Of a DNA stretch of 64,000 bases, positions 29,720 to 39,370 are shown in pieces. Source of the DNA: Nitrospirota bacterium (GTDB lineage Bacteria > Nitrospirota > Thermodesulfovibrionia > Thermodesulfovibrionales > Dissulfurispiraceae). The stretch lies in contig CAWBMP010000004.1 in the NCBI GenBank assembly GCA_963790025.1, positions 544,001 through 608,000 on the forward strand, given 5' to 3'. The notes under the pieces were generated by a model, which was not told the DNA's origin, did not search any database, and saw only the letters and a list, made by a program, of their open reading frames with translations. Both the position numbers and the translations under genes were made by a program. How positions within the stretch are numbered: position 1 is the first letter of the stretch; each line of letters opens with the position of its first letter.

Positions 29720-30724
29720 ATGAAAAAAATAATTGCTATTCTGGCGGTGTTTTTCTTTATGGCCTCCGGCCTGGAGGTCTTCGGGGCCACAGATGCCCAA
29801 ATAGGCGGCACTGAAAATGCCCGCTACTTTGTCGACGGACTAAAATATCGCGGGGAAGGAAATTGCGAGGACGCGGTAAAGAGTTATCAAATTGCCAAAG
29901 AGCTCAAACAGTTCAAAGAAGACTGGATATATTATCTTGCGGTTGCCGATTGTTTCGTAGCTCTGAAGCGACTTGATGATGCAATAGATGCATATACAAA
30001 AGTAATTGACTCCACCCAAAACAGGACTTTGCAGAAAGAGATGTACAAGGGAAGGGCAAAGGCGTACTATTTAAAAGGCGCGCGTCCGGACACTCTGGAC
30101 ATGAAACTGGTAGACCTTGCAAGAAAAGATATGGACCTTGCAAGAAGCCTGGGCGCCGATGTTTCGGACCTGGAGAAGACTATTGCGGAAGATATAGAGA
30201 CAAAACCTGCACGGGCGGATGCGGAGGAGGGAAAGATTGTCATAACCGATAAGCCGGTATCTGTCGTGGAAGGTCCTGGCAAACTGGTTGTCGGCGACGG
30301 CGACTATGTCCTTTACATCTCCAGGGACACAAGAATAAATGACCAAAAAGGCATGGCGATTCAGGCCTCTGACATCAAACCGGGAGATCTCATTGATTTT
30401 TCATTTATTATGTCCTACCGGAACAAGGCTGACGGCATGACTAATCTCACGGCAAAAACAATCACCCTGCACCGTAACGCGGCACTCAACCCATCAGTAA
30501 AAGAGGAAAGACAGCCGAGCAGCACTGAGATGCTCATTCTCTCAGAGCTGACCACACTGGCCGCTGAAATAAGAGACCTGAAAGAGAACCAGGCGATGGC
30601 CCGAAAGGAAGCCGAAATCAAAACCTTAAAAAAAGAGACCCCGAAAAAACATCGCGTCAGGAAGAAAAAAGTCGAAGGGAATATGGCCAAACCTGTAATA
30701 AACAATCCTGCACCCAAGCCGTAG
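29720..30724 (+). CDS. Secreted TPR-repeat protein with Lys-rich C-terminus
   Basis: Signal peptide, TPR-like helices (DAIDAYTKVI, YKGRAKAYY). Confidence 0.7.
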   Translation: MKKIIAILAVFFFMASGLEVFGATDAQIGGTENARYFVDGLKYRGEGNCEDAVKSYQIAKELKQFKEDWIYYLAVADCFVALKRLDDAIDAYTKVIDSTQNRTLQKEMYKGRAKAYYLKGARPDTLDMKLVDLARKDMDLARSLGADVSDLEKTIAEDIETKPARADAEEGKIVITDKPVSVVEGPGKLVVGDGDYVLYISRDTRINDQKGMAIQASDIKPGDLIDFSFIMSYRNKADGMTNLTAKTITLHRNAALNPSVKEERQPSSTEMLILSELTTLAAEIRDLKENQAMARKEAEIKTLKKETPKKHRVRKKKVEGNMAKPVINNPAPKP

Positions 30725-30802
30725 GCAGTGAAGCCGAGTAAGCAATAGGGAGTAGGCAGTAAGCAGAAAAAGAATACCATAAAAAGGAGAAGTTAAATCA
30801 TC

Positions 30803-32710
30803 ATGTCTGCACAGAAAATGGAATTTAAAACAGAAGTAAAGCAACTCCTCGATTTAATGATACATTCGTTGTACTCCCACAAGGAAATATTCCTGAGAGA
30901 ACTTATTTCGAATGCATCCGATGCAATCGATAAGGCGCGGTACGAGTCCCTGACCAACAGCGCTGTCCTCGAGGGCTCCGGGGACTGGAAAATCAGGATC
31001 ACACCTGACAAGAATGCCGGCACTTTAATGGTCAGCGATAACGGTATCGGCATGACAAAGGAGGAGGTGATCGAGTCCCTGGGTACCATTGCCCATTCAG
31101 GGACCAAAGAATTCCTCAAGGTCCTGCAGCAAAAAGATGCCAGGGACAATCCTGAACTCATAGGACAGTTCGGTGTGGGTTTTTATTCCTCCTTCATGGT
31201 CGCTGACAAAGTAATAGTTATCACGCGTAAGGCAGGCGATCATAACGACCGTGGAGTCAAGTGGGAATCGACGGCCGACGGGGCTTTTACCGTCGAAGAT
31301 ATTGAAAAAGAGCACAAAGGCACCGATGTCATTCTGCATCTGAAAGACGAGGGAAAGAAATATCTCGAAATGTGGGAGATCAGAGATATTGTGCGGAAAT
31401 ACTCCGACTACATCGAACATCCCGTTGTAATGGACGTCGAGCGCGAAGTGGACTCTGCCATTGAGAAAGGGAAAAAGGTCAAGGTAACGGAAGAGGATAC
31501 GCTGAATTCGCGGAAAGCAATCTGGCTTAAAAACAAGTCTGATATAACACAGGATGAGTACAATGAGTTTTACCGTCATATTTCCCATGACTTTACGGAC
31601 CCCCTAAAGACAATTCACTACAAGGCCGAGGGCACCTCCGAATTTACCTCCCTTCTGTATGTGCCTTCGAAAGCCCCGTTCAATATCTTTTACAAGGATT
31701 TCAAGATAGGTCCGGTCCTTTATGTAAAAAGAGTACAGATCATGGACCACTGCGAGGAACTTATCCCTCTTTATTTGCGGTTCGTCAAGGGAGTGGTCGA
31801 TTCATCCGACCTCCCGCTGAATATTTCGAGAGAGATTCTGCAGTCCAACCGGCAGGTTGAAATAATAAGAAAAAGCATCACCAAGCAGGTCCTCGATACG
31901 CTCAAGGACATGAAAGAGCAGGAGTACGATACATATCTCAATTTCTATAGCGAGTTCGGAAAGATAGTGAAAGAGGGGGTGCATTTCGATATAGCAAGAA
32001 AAGAACAGATCGCCGACCTGCTCCTCTTCCCGTCTACCAAAACCGAAAAAGGAAAGCTCACTACTCTTCAGCAATATGTCAGCGCCATGAAGGAAGGACA
32101 GGAGGCCATCTACTACATTACAGGCATTTCCCTCGATGAGGCACTATCTTCGCCGTATCTGGAAGCGTTCAGGGCAAAAGATTACGAGGTGCTCATCATG
32201 CTTGACGAGGTTGACGATATAATCATGGGTGGTCTTGAGTACAACGGGAAGCACATGAAGTCAGTTACCAGGGGCGATATAAAGCTTGATAAAACGGATG
32301 ACTCGGACAGGAAAAAGGCCGAGGAAAGGTTTGGGAGAATCCTGGAATTCATCAAGGACCGGTTAAGAGAAGAAGTCAAGGATGTGCGCATGTCCTCCAG
32401 GCTGAAGGATTCGGCTTGCTGCCTTGTAGGCGACGAAGGAGATATAGACCCTCAGACGGAAAAAATATTCAGGGCCATGGGACAGCAGGTCCCCGCGCAG
32501 AAGCGGATCCTGGAGATCAATCCGGCACATCCCGTGATTGAAGCCATGCAATCCATACTGGAGAGGGACAGCTCAAATCCTGTCCTCGGCGAATACACAC
32601 AGCTGCTTTATAATCAGGCGGCATTGCTTGAAGGCTCGAAGCCGAAAGATCCCGCTGGATTCGCAAAATCTATTGCAAAATTGATGGCCGATAATGCAAA
32701 ACTTTTTTAA
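30803..32710 (+). CDS. htpG: Chaperone HtpG (Hsp90)
   Basis: IHSLYSHKEIFLRELISNASDA, DNGIGM, IGQFGVGFYS. Confidence 0.98.
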   Translation: MSAQKMEFKTEVKQLLDLMIHSLYSHKEIFLRELISNASDAIDKARYESLTNSAVLEGSGDWKIRITPDKNAGTLMVSDNGIGMTKEEVIESLGTIAHSGTKEFLKVLQQKDARDNPELIGQFGVGFYSSFMVADKVIVITRKAGDHNDRGVKWESTADGAFTVEDIEKEHKGTDVILHLKDEGKKYLEMWEIRDIVRKYSDYIEHPVVMDVEREVDSAIEKGKKVKVTEEDTLNSRKAIWLKNKSDITQDEYNEFYRHISHDFTDPLKTIHYKAEGTSEFTSLLYVPSKAPFNIFYKDFKIGPVLYVKRVQIMDHCEELIPLYLRFVKGVVDSSDLPLNISREILQSNRQVEIIRKSITKQVLDTLKDMKEQEYDTYLNFYSEFGKIVKEGVHFDIARKEQIADLLLFPSTKTEKGKLTTLQQYVSAMKEGQEAIYYITGISLDEALSSPYLEAFRAKDYEVLIMLDEVDDIIMGGLEYNGKHMKSVTRGDIKLDKTDDSDRKKAEERFGRILEFIKDRLREEVKDVRMSSRLKDSACCLVGDEGDIDPQTEKIFRAMGQQVPAQKRILEINPAHPVIEAMQSILERDSSNPVLGEYTQLLYNQAALLEGSKPKDPAGFAKSIAKLMADNAKLF

Positions 32711-32732
32711 CTGGGTTTGACTATACCGGGGA

Positions 32733-33662
32733 ATGCAATCAACAGAGAGAGCCAGGACGTCTGAGATAAAGAGGGTGCTGTTCATCACCCTTGCGCTCAA
32801 CATGCTCGTCTCAGGGGCAAAAATCCTTTACGGCTTCTACATAAATTCCATTGCCATAATAGCCGAAGGCTTTCATTCGGCGTTCGACGGTGTCTCCAAT
32901 GTGGCCGGGTTGGCCGGCATATATTTTTCGTCCCATCCTCCCGACGAAGACCATCCGTACGGACACAGGAAGGTCGAAACGATATGCACGGTCTTTATTG
33001 CGGCCATTATGTTTGTCACCTGTCTGGAGATCTTCAAGAAGGTTTACGAATCTGCCATGCATAAGCAGGCAGTTAATGTAACTGCTGAAAGTTTTGTACT
33101 TATGGCCGGAACTTTGCTTGTCAATATCTTTGTTGCAGTGTATGAAAAGGGCAAAGGCAATGAGCTGCACAGCGAATTCCTTGTCGCTGACGCCCGCCAT
33201 ACTCAAACTGACGTTTACTCCACCATAGGGGTCATCATAGGTCTGTTTTTTGTAAAGATGGGATTTACCCGTGCCGATACCGTGGTCGGCGCAATTGTGG
33301 GGCTGCTTGTGGCAAAAGCCGGTTTCGATATTCTAAAAGAATCGGCAGGGATACTGGTCGACAAAAGACAACTGGATACAGGCCTGATAAACGAGATCGT
33401 CTGTTCTATCGACGGCGTTGTCGCTTGTCACAAGATCAGGACAAGGGGAACAAACAGCACCATATTCCTTGACCTGCATCTACTGGTAAATCCGCTCCTG
33501 ACTGTGGAATCGGCCCATCAGATCGCTCATACTGCCGAGGAGAATATAAAGGGCAGGATCAAGGGAGTAGTTGACGTCATCGTGCACATAGAACCGTCAA
33601 CCGAGACACCGGAGGCGGACTGGGTATGCAAGGGCAAAGATACCAGGGGCCGGTCAAAATAA
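32733..33662 (+). CDS. Cation diffusion facilitator (FieF-like)
   Basis: HSAFD, HPYGH, DARHTQTD, VHIEP. Confidence 0.92.
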   Translation: MQSTERARTSEIKRVLFITLALNMLVSGAKILYGFYINSIAIIAEGFHSAFDGVSNVAGLAGIYFSSHPPDEDHPYGHRKVETICTVFIAAIMFVTCLEIFKKVYESAMHKQAVNVTAESFVLMAGTLLVNIFVAVYEKGKGNELHSEFLVADARHTQTDVYSTIGVIIGLFFVKMGFTRADTVVGAIVGLLVAKAGFDILKESAGILVDKRQLDTGLINEIVCSIDGVVACHKIRTRGTNSTIFLDLHLLVNPLLTVESAHQIAHTAEENIKGRIKGVVDVIVHIEPSTETPEADWVCKGKDTRGRSK

Positions 33663-33697
33663 GGCATGTTTGTTATTGTCGAAATCTGCCGTAGACT

Positions 33698-35263
33698 ATG
33701 GTACAATGTTTCGTGCAGATTATGTTTATCGCAACATTCATAATATCACTGTTCTGTTTCCTCAGCTTGCCATCAGGCGCATGGGCATTTGTGTCCCACG
33801 ATTACCCTGCGACGTTCGTTAATGAGATGGCCCGAATATATTTCCTCATTTCATGCCTTGTCGTCTTAGGGGCCATGATCTATAACCGGCTTCACAAAGA
33901 AAAAGTCTGGCGGAATATGATTATTGCGCTGCTGTTCTTCATATTATGGGACATCGTTGTCTTTGCAGGACAAATGGCTGAGCATTGGGTATCGCCGTAT
34001 CAAATAGTCGGCAGTGGTAAAGGGTGGGACTATTTCAAAAGCACAATCATACTTAACGGAACAGAGTGCTTTTTTTATTATGCAAAATATGACTATTTAT
34101 TGATCAATATAGCAATGTTCTTTTTCTACTCCGGATTAAGGGCGCATCTAAAAACATACCAATTCACAGCGTCAGCTTCGTCGCTTATATTGCCCTTGCT
34201 GCCGGTTTTCCTTGTAGAGATAGTGGGGGCCTTTATTTTCGTAGTGCTTTCCATCCTCAGCCTCATTACAAGCGTAAAACTTTATAATAGAGACAAAACA
34301 AATATCTTATGGAATTATATGATATGGCTCTCTTCTTCGTTTGTCCTTTTTTCTATCTCGCGATCGGTGGGTCATGTTGCAAAACACGTACTTGTTGCCG
34401 GGGGGCATGCAGATACCTGGGAGTATATCGCCCCGATGACCGGCAGTTTTAACATATTCGCTTTCTTTCTCCTGGGTTCTTTGAGCCTTTTCTTCATCAA
34501 GATGTATGACACTCATATGAGGGCGTTAAGGGACAAGGATGTAATCGAGAGTATTAATGCCGAAATGTCCGAATTGAACAAGTCACTCGAAACCATTGTG
34601 GCAGAGAGAACTATGAGCTTAATGGCGTTGACCGTGGCCGATAAGGTAAGGAACCCGGCCTCCATAATAGGGATCGTCTGCAAAAGAGTGCTCGACAAGA
34701 AAGAGGAATTGTCCAATGTCATTTCTAATCTCAGTGCAGCAGTAGATGAGTGCGAAAAATTGCAGGCCATCGTAGGGGATTTCGAGAACCTGCTCAGGAC
34801 CAGGAAATCCGTGTTCAGGTATGAGGACATTAACGAGATTATCAGAAGTGTTATCCCTGTTCTTGAAAAAGAGGCCGCCGTAAAAGGAGTACATATGGCC
34901 GTGGCCCTTTCGGAAAAGCCCTTGAAGATTAATGCCGAAAAAAGCCTCCTCAGGGTGGCGCTGTTCCATGTTCTGAGAAACGCGCTGGATGCAACTGAGG
35001 CAAAAGGCACTATTAATATCTCATCCCGCAGTGACGCCGATAATGCAGTTGTATGTATATCGGACACCGGTCGCGGCATAAAGAAAGAGGACCTTGACAG
35101 AATCTTCGATACCTTTTACAGCACGAAGAGTTTCGGGTTTGGCATGGGGTTGCCGCTGGTAAAGCAAATAATATCCGAGCACCTCGGAGAAATAAAGATT
35201 GACAGCGAAGAGTGGAAAGGGACGACTGTAACAATACTGCTCCCCACAAGATGGAAAGGATAA
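33698..35263 (+). CDS. Multi-TM sensor kinase-like protein lacking the phospho-acceptor His (start possibly GTG 33713)
   Basis: Several TM helices; H-box ADKVRNP; HATPase boxes HVLRNA, DTGRGI, FYSTK, GMGL. Confidence 0.85.
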   Translation: MVQCFVQIMFIATFIISLFCFLSLPSGAWAFVSHDYPATFVNEMARIYFLISCLVVLGAMIYNRLHKEKVWRNMIIALLFFILWDIVVFAGQMAEHWVSPYQIVGSGKGWDYFKSTIILNGTECFFYYAKYDYLLINIAMFFFYSGLRAHLKTYQFTASASSLILPLLPVFLVEIVGAFIFVVLSILSLITSVKLYNRDKTNILWNYMIWLSSSFVLFSISRSVGHVAKHVLVAGGHADTWEYIAPMTGSFNIFAFFLLGSLSLFFIKMYDTHMRALRDKDVIESINAEMSELNKSLETIVAERTMSLMALTVADKVRNPASIIGIVCKRVLDKKEELSNVISNLSAAVDECEKLQAIVGDFENLLRTRKSVFRYEDINEIIRSVIPVLEKEAAVKGVHMAVALSEKPLKINAEKSLLRVALFHVLRNALDATEAKGTINISSRSDADNAVVCISDTGRGIKKEDLDRIFDTFYSTKSFGFGMGLPLVKQIISEHLGEIKIDSEEWKGTTVTILLPTRWKG

Positions 35264-35298
35264 ACCCAATTGTTCAGGCAGCGCAATGGATTGGTTTT

Positions 35299-35580
35299 TT
35301 ATTTGCGGTCCATTAATTTATATGCACTTAACAGCTTCTCCCGGGCCTCTTGCATCCTGTGCATGGCATCTCCAGCCTTTGCCATTTCCACTTTAATATT
35401 CTCCACTCCCAGATTTGAGACCTGTTGAATGGATTTAACAGTTTCGGATTGGATATTCACGGCATCGGACAATACGTTATTCAGAACATCACTGAAAGGA
35501 TTGTCGGCCTTTTTATTGGAAGGCCTCTGTGACTCCGGAGTTCCAGCGGGTATGCCTTGTATCTTTGTTATATCATTCAT
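35299..35580 (-). CDS. Small helical hypothetical protein
   Basis: 93-aa ORF with its own TTGACT-N17-TATAAC promoter. Confidence 0.65.
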   Translation of the reverse strand: MNDITKIQGIPAGTPESQRPSNKKADNPFSDVLNNVLSDAVNIQSETVKSIQQVSNLGVENIKVEMAKAGDAMHRMQEAREKLLSAYKLMDRK

Positions 35581-36016
35581 CTTGTTTTTGTTATACCACG
35601 CCCATGAGATAAAGTCAATGATTTTAGGTACTTTAGAGGATAGGGCGGGAACAGGTTATCGCCATTCGCAGAAATGCGGGCATCCCCTCCATATTGGCGG
35701 CATTAAGGGGTACTGGATGAAAAACCAATGAAAAAAGCTGAAAAACGCAAAATGAGACAAAATTGGTCGCGACATACGTAACATATCCTGCTATATCTTG
35801 AAGTATCAGTTATTTACGCCTTATTACCCATAACCACGAATGACAATTTCGGCAAATATTATGCCGATTAATGTATTTTGAATCTGGTATAATGGTGGCA
35901 GAAATTCTAACGTCAGGATTATAATACTGCGGATGAAATATTTGAAAAATGAATGTGCAATCCTTTATATATGATGCTGTCCTTTGCATGTCACAATATG
36001 AACTGGCGGAACAATA

Positions 36017-37702
36017 GTGCCGTTTAATACCATTCCAATAAAAGACTTTGTCAGCCGGGAAAGCGAACTGAATTATTTGAAGCGTTTTGCCGACCTCAGA
36101 GATTATACTATGACCGGGAACATACTGCTCGAAGGGGCGCGCGGTATAGGCAAGACTGAACTTATCAAGCAGATGTACCGCATTATTTTTTTGAAGGGTA
36201 ATAATATTGTCCCCTTTTATTACCTGTTTCAGCGGGGGAACCTGAAGGCGTCTCATTTTGCCAAAGATTATTTTACACGATTTGTGAGGCAATATATTGC
36301 ATACGTGAAGAAAGACCCCTCTTTTATTGATGCAATGAGCACGTCGCTGACACGGCTTATTCCGGTGATTGCTTCTCTCAGGCTTGAATGGATGATAGAT
36401 CTCATCGAGGATTTTCAGGAACAAGTGAAAAACGGCGATCTCTACGGACAGATACTTGCAGCTATTTCTGCGCCTGTCACCGCGGCAAGCGAGAGCAGAA
36501 GACCGGTATTTGTTATGCTTGATGACTTCCACATGGCGACCCAGCTTTATGAAACAAATCCCGGTGATGTCCCGGGCCTGATCGGTCTATTCGAAGGCTC
36601 TGTAAGGAACTATCTTTGTCCGCATTTGCTGACAGGCTCTCCTGAGGGAGTTCTGGAGTCCATCTTTGCCGATAACGCGTTCAGGGGCAAGGCTGAGAGA
36701 CTTTTCCTGAAACAGCTGCCGGAGGACGTCGCTTATTCTCTTTTTAGAGCATACTGCGACAAGCTCAAAATAAACGGCGACAAGGACGCCATCCTTAAAT
36801 TCGTAAGGATCCTCGGCGGCAACCCGCTTTATATGAGGAATATAGTACGGTCTATCTGGAAGATGCAAAAAAAATACATCACTGAACGCGATCTCTGGGA
36901 GATTTACAGCCTTGAAGTTTCCGAGGGAGAGACCGCTTTTTACTGGTCGTCTATAATGGGAGAGTTTCTCAAGGATCCCGGCCAGCGAAGGACAGGGATT
37001 AAACTGCTTATGCATTCGCTTAAATCAAACAGCGGTTTTTATGATATTGAACGGCTGGCTAAAATAACAGGTACGTCGGAACCTTCGGTAAGGTCTGTGC
37101 TCGAAGCGCTTCGGATGGCGGGCATCGTGCAGGAAGGGGGCCACATCTGGTATTTAAATGATAATGTACTGCAGGATTTCATACAAAGCCTGCATATGAG
37201 AGAGGTGGAAGGGCTGAAAACGAAGCAGATAAGGGAGCTTATAGAGGCCAGGTATTGCCAGGTAAGCGGCGCCTCTTCTTCCTCGTTTGAGATGATTATC
37301 CCGATGGTCTCCGATGCGGAGCTCGTTGCGGCAAGGGCTGTGGAGCAAGTAGGAAAGAATATCAGCCTTGCGCCCGATGTGATCGACCATATCAAGCTCG
37401 CGCTTATAGAATCATGCATTAATGCAATGGAGCACAGCGGAAGTTACGATAAAAATATCTATCTCAAATTTATCGTGTCGGATGAAAGGATCGAGATAAT
37501 CATTGAGAGCCCGGGCAAGTTTTTCGACATCGAAACGGTTGAGGAGGCCACCATTGAGGAGAAGTTCCATACAGAACATAAAAGGGGCTGGGGCCTGAAG
37601 CTCATCCGTTCCATTATGGATGATGTCAGGATAGAGAGAATAGAGGACAGAACAAGGGTGATCCTTGTAAAAAATATCAAGACTAATGAGGTGCTTGGAT
37701 GA
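36017..37702 (+). CDS. P-loop NTPase fused to a C-terminal RsbW/SpoIIAB-type anti-sigma kinase domain
   Basis: Walker A GARGIGKT, Walker B VFVMLDD, GGNP, wHTH-like segment, LALIESCINAMEHS...RGWGLKLIRSIMDDV. Confidence 0.85.
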   Translation: MPFNTIPIKDFVSRESELNYLKRFADLRDYTMTGNILLEGARGIGKTELIKQMYRIIFLKGNNIVPFYYLFQRGNLKASHFAKDYFTRFVRQYIAYVKKDPSFIDAMSTSLTRLIPVIASLRLEWMIDLIEDFQEQVKNGDLYGQILAAISAPVTAASESRRPVFVMLDDFHMATQLYETNPGDVPGLIGLFEGSVRNYLCPHLLTGSPEGVLESIFADNAFRGKAERLFLKQLPEDVAYSLFRAYCDKLKINGDKDAILKFVRILGGNPLYMRNIVRSIWKMQKKYITERDLWEIYSLEVSEGETAFYWSSIMGEFLKDPGQRRTGIKLLMHSLKSNSGFYDIERLAKITGTSEPSVRSVLEALRMAGIVQEGGHIWYLNDNVLQDFIQSLHMREVEGLKTKQIRELIEARYCQVSGASSSSFEMIIPMVSDAELVAARAVEQVGKNISLAPDVIDHIKLALIESCINAMEHSGSYDKNIYLKFIVSDERIEIIIESPGKFFDIETVEEATIEEKFHTEHKRGWGLKLIRSIMDDVRIERIEDRTRVILVKNIKTNEVLG

Positions 37703-38055
37703 CTGTGATGAACTTTAAAGTGACGTCAAAGATCATACGGGATGTGGCGATCCTTTACCCGCAGGGATATTTAAACAATATCGCCGGTGAGAACCTTGTG
37801 CAGGAATGCAACAACTGCCTCGGAAGTGAGATCAAAAAAGTTGTGCTGAATTTCAGAGAAACCGATTTTATCAATACCATCGGCATTTCGATGCTGCTGA
37901 CTATCATCGAAAAGTTGAAAGATGAAGGTGGGACACTTTGCTTTACGAATCTGAGCAGGGCATATCATGATACTTTTGAGATGATTGGTCTTACCAGGTA
38001 TATCCATATCTTTCCCGACGAAAAGGAGGCCATGCGGTATCTGAGTGAAGCATAG
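37699..38055 (+). CDS. STAS-domain anti-sigma factor antagonist
   Basis: PQGYLN, KVVLNF...FINTIGISML, TFEMIGL; ATGA overlap with the upstream gene. Confidence 0.9.
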   Translation: MTVMNFKVTSKIIRDVAILYPQGYLNNIAGENLVQECNNCLGSEIKKVVLNFRETDFINTIGISMLLTIIEKLKDEGGTLCFTNLSRAYHDTFEMIGLTRYIHIFPDEKEAMRYLSEA

Positions 38056-38134
38056 ACGCTGTGAATTTTTGTTGCCGGTTCCAATAAGCAAAAAAAACTG
38101 GTATACTTATTCCAGCTAATAATAATTTAAAACT

Positions 38135-39310
38135 ATGATGACGCCAAAAGACAATATGATCCTGCAAAAAATCAGGGAGGGCTATTGTCTGCCGATGCTC
38201 TCCCCTGTTGCCGTTCGCCTGATAGAACTTGCTTCCAGCGAAACCTCATCGCTTGATGACCTGGCCGACTTAATAGCAAAAGACCCGTCCTTTGCGGTGC
38301 GGGTACTGGGACTCGCAAACTCGGCATTCTTCAGAAACTCGGAACAAATCAACACCATCGAGAATGCGATCATGAAAATCGGTTTCTCCCGGCTCAGGAT
38401 GATGGCCTTTGCTATTTCCCTCAGAGACACTTTCCCAATGGGGAAAGTTGGCCCGATGGATTATGAACAATTCTGGAAAACCTCATTATACAGGGCCATC
38501 ATCGCAAAAGGGCTCGCCAAATCATTTCGGAACTGCAACCCCGAAGAGGCATTTGTTGCGGGGCTGACGCTCGAGATAGGAGTGTTGATTATCTTTGACA
38601 TGTTCATCAAAAACAAAAGCAATTACATGCCGGCGCCTTACCCCCTGAAAACCCTCCTTATGTGGGAAAAGGCGCAATTCGGAGTCGACCACCGTGACAT
38701 AGGAGAGCAGGCGCTCAGACATTGGAAATTCCCTGAAAAGATCCTCGCATGCCAGAAGATCCACCTGCTGGAAAAACCACAGGCAGATATTGATGAATTG
38801 GCGCTGCTCTGTGATACGGCACGCAGGTTCTCGTACCTCGTCAGCGAAAAAGAGGCCGGATGGCATGTTATATTTACCGAAATTGATTCAATCTACGGCA
38901 TTAAAAGCTCGGTCCTTACTCCTTTGCTTGCGAGAGCATTCGACGAGGTCGAGGAGATATCAAGATACCTGAAAGTGGAGATCAGCAGAGAACGGGACCT
39001 TATACAACTTTTAGAGAAAGCGAAATACACGCTTCGAAAGCTGACTGAAACTATGGCAAAATGGACCCATTTCGTACTCGACGGGCAAAGCTCGGGTGGA
39101 GCGAAATCAACTTCTCCAATGGTCGGATACTCACTGACTGAAAAACTCCAGATAGTCGCGGTCGAAATCAAAAAACCGCTGACAATCATACGGGCGTTTA
39201 TCGATAATCTGGTCCCCACAGTCAGTCACGACTCCAATGAGTGGAACTATGTCCAGGCATGCAGTGAAGAAGTAAAAAAGGTCGAACTGGCAGTCCTGTT
39301 GTTAAAATAA
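38135..39310 (+). CDS. HDOD-domain protein with degenerate HisKA-like C-terminus
   Basis: LP.LSPVA, DPSFAVRVLGLANSAFF, EEAFVAGL, HWKFPE; tail AVEIKKPLTIIRAF. Confidence 0.85.
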   Translation: MMTPKDNMILQKIREGYCLPMLSPVAVRLIELASSETSSLDDLADLIAKDPSFAVRVLGLANSAFFRNSEQINTIENAIMKIGFSRLRMMAFAISLRDTFPMGKVGPMDYEQFWKTSLYRAIIAKGLAKSFRNCNPEEAFVAGLTLEIGVLIIFDMFIKNKSNYMPAPYPLKTLLMWEKAQFGVDHRDIGEQALRHWKFPEKILACQKIHLLEKPQADIDELALLCDTARRFSYLVSEKEAGWHVIFTEIDSIYGIKSSVLTPLLARAFDEVEEISRYLKVEISRERDLIQLLEKAKYTLRKLTETMAKWTHFVLDGQSSGGAKSTSPMVGYSLTEKLQIVAVEIKKPLTIIRAFIDNLVPTVSHDSNEWNYVQACSEEVKKVELAVLLLK

Positions 39311-39349
39311 ATGGGGGGATGAACATACAGGCATACTCATCCCCCCATT
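39309..39349. terminator. Stem-loop between convergent genes, probable terminator
   Basis: AATGGGGGGATGA / TCATCCCCCCATT. Confidence 0.6.
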
Positions 39350-39370
39350 CACTTATCGCCTTATAAAGCC

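Noticed and set aside
35299..35580. FliE/FlgM identity for the 93-aa protein
   Set aside because: Only a vague resemblance, no flagellar genes nearby, and the promoter is sigma70-like.
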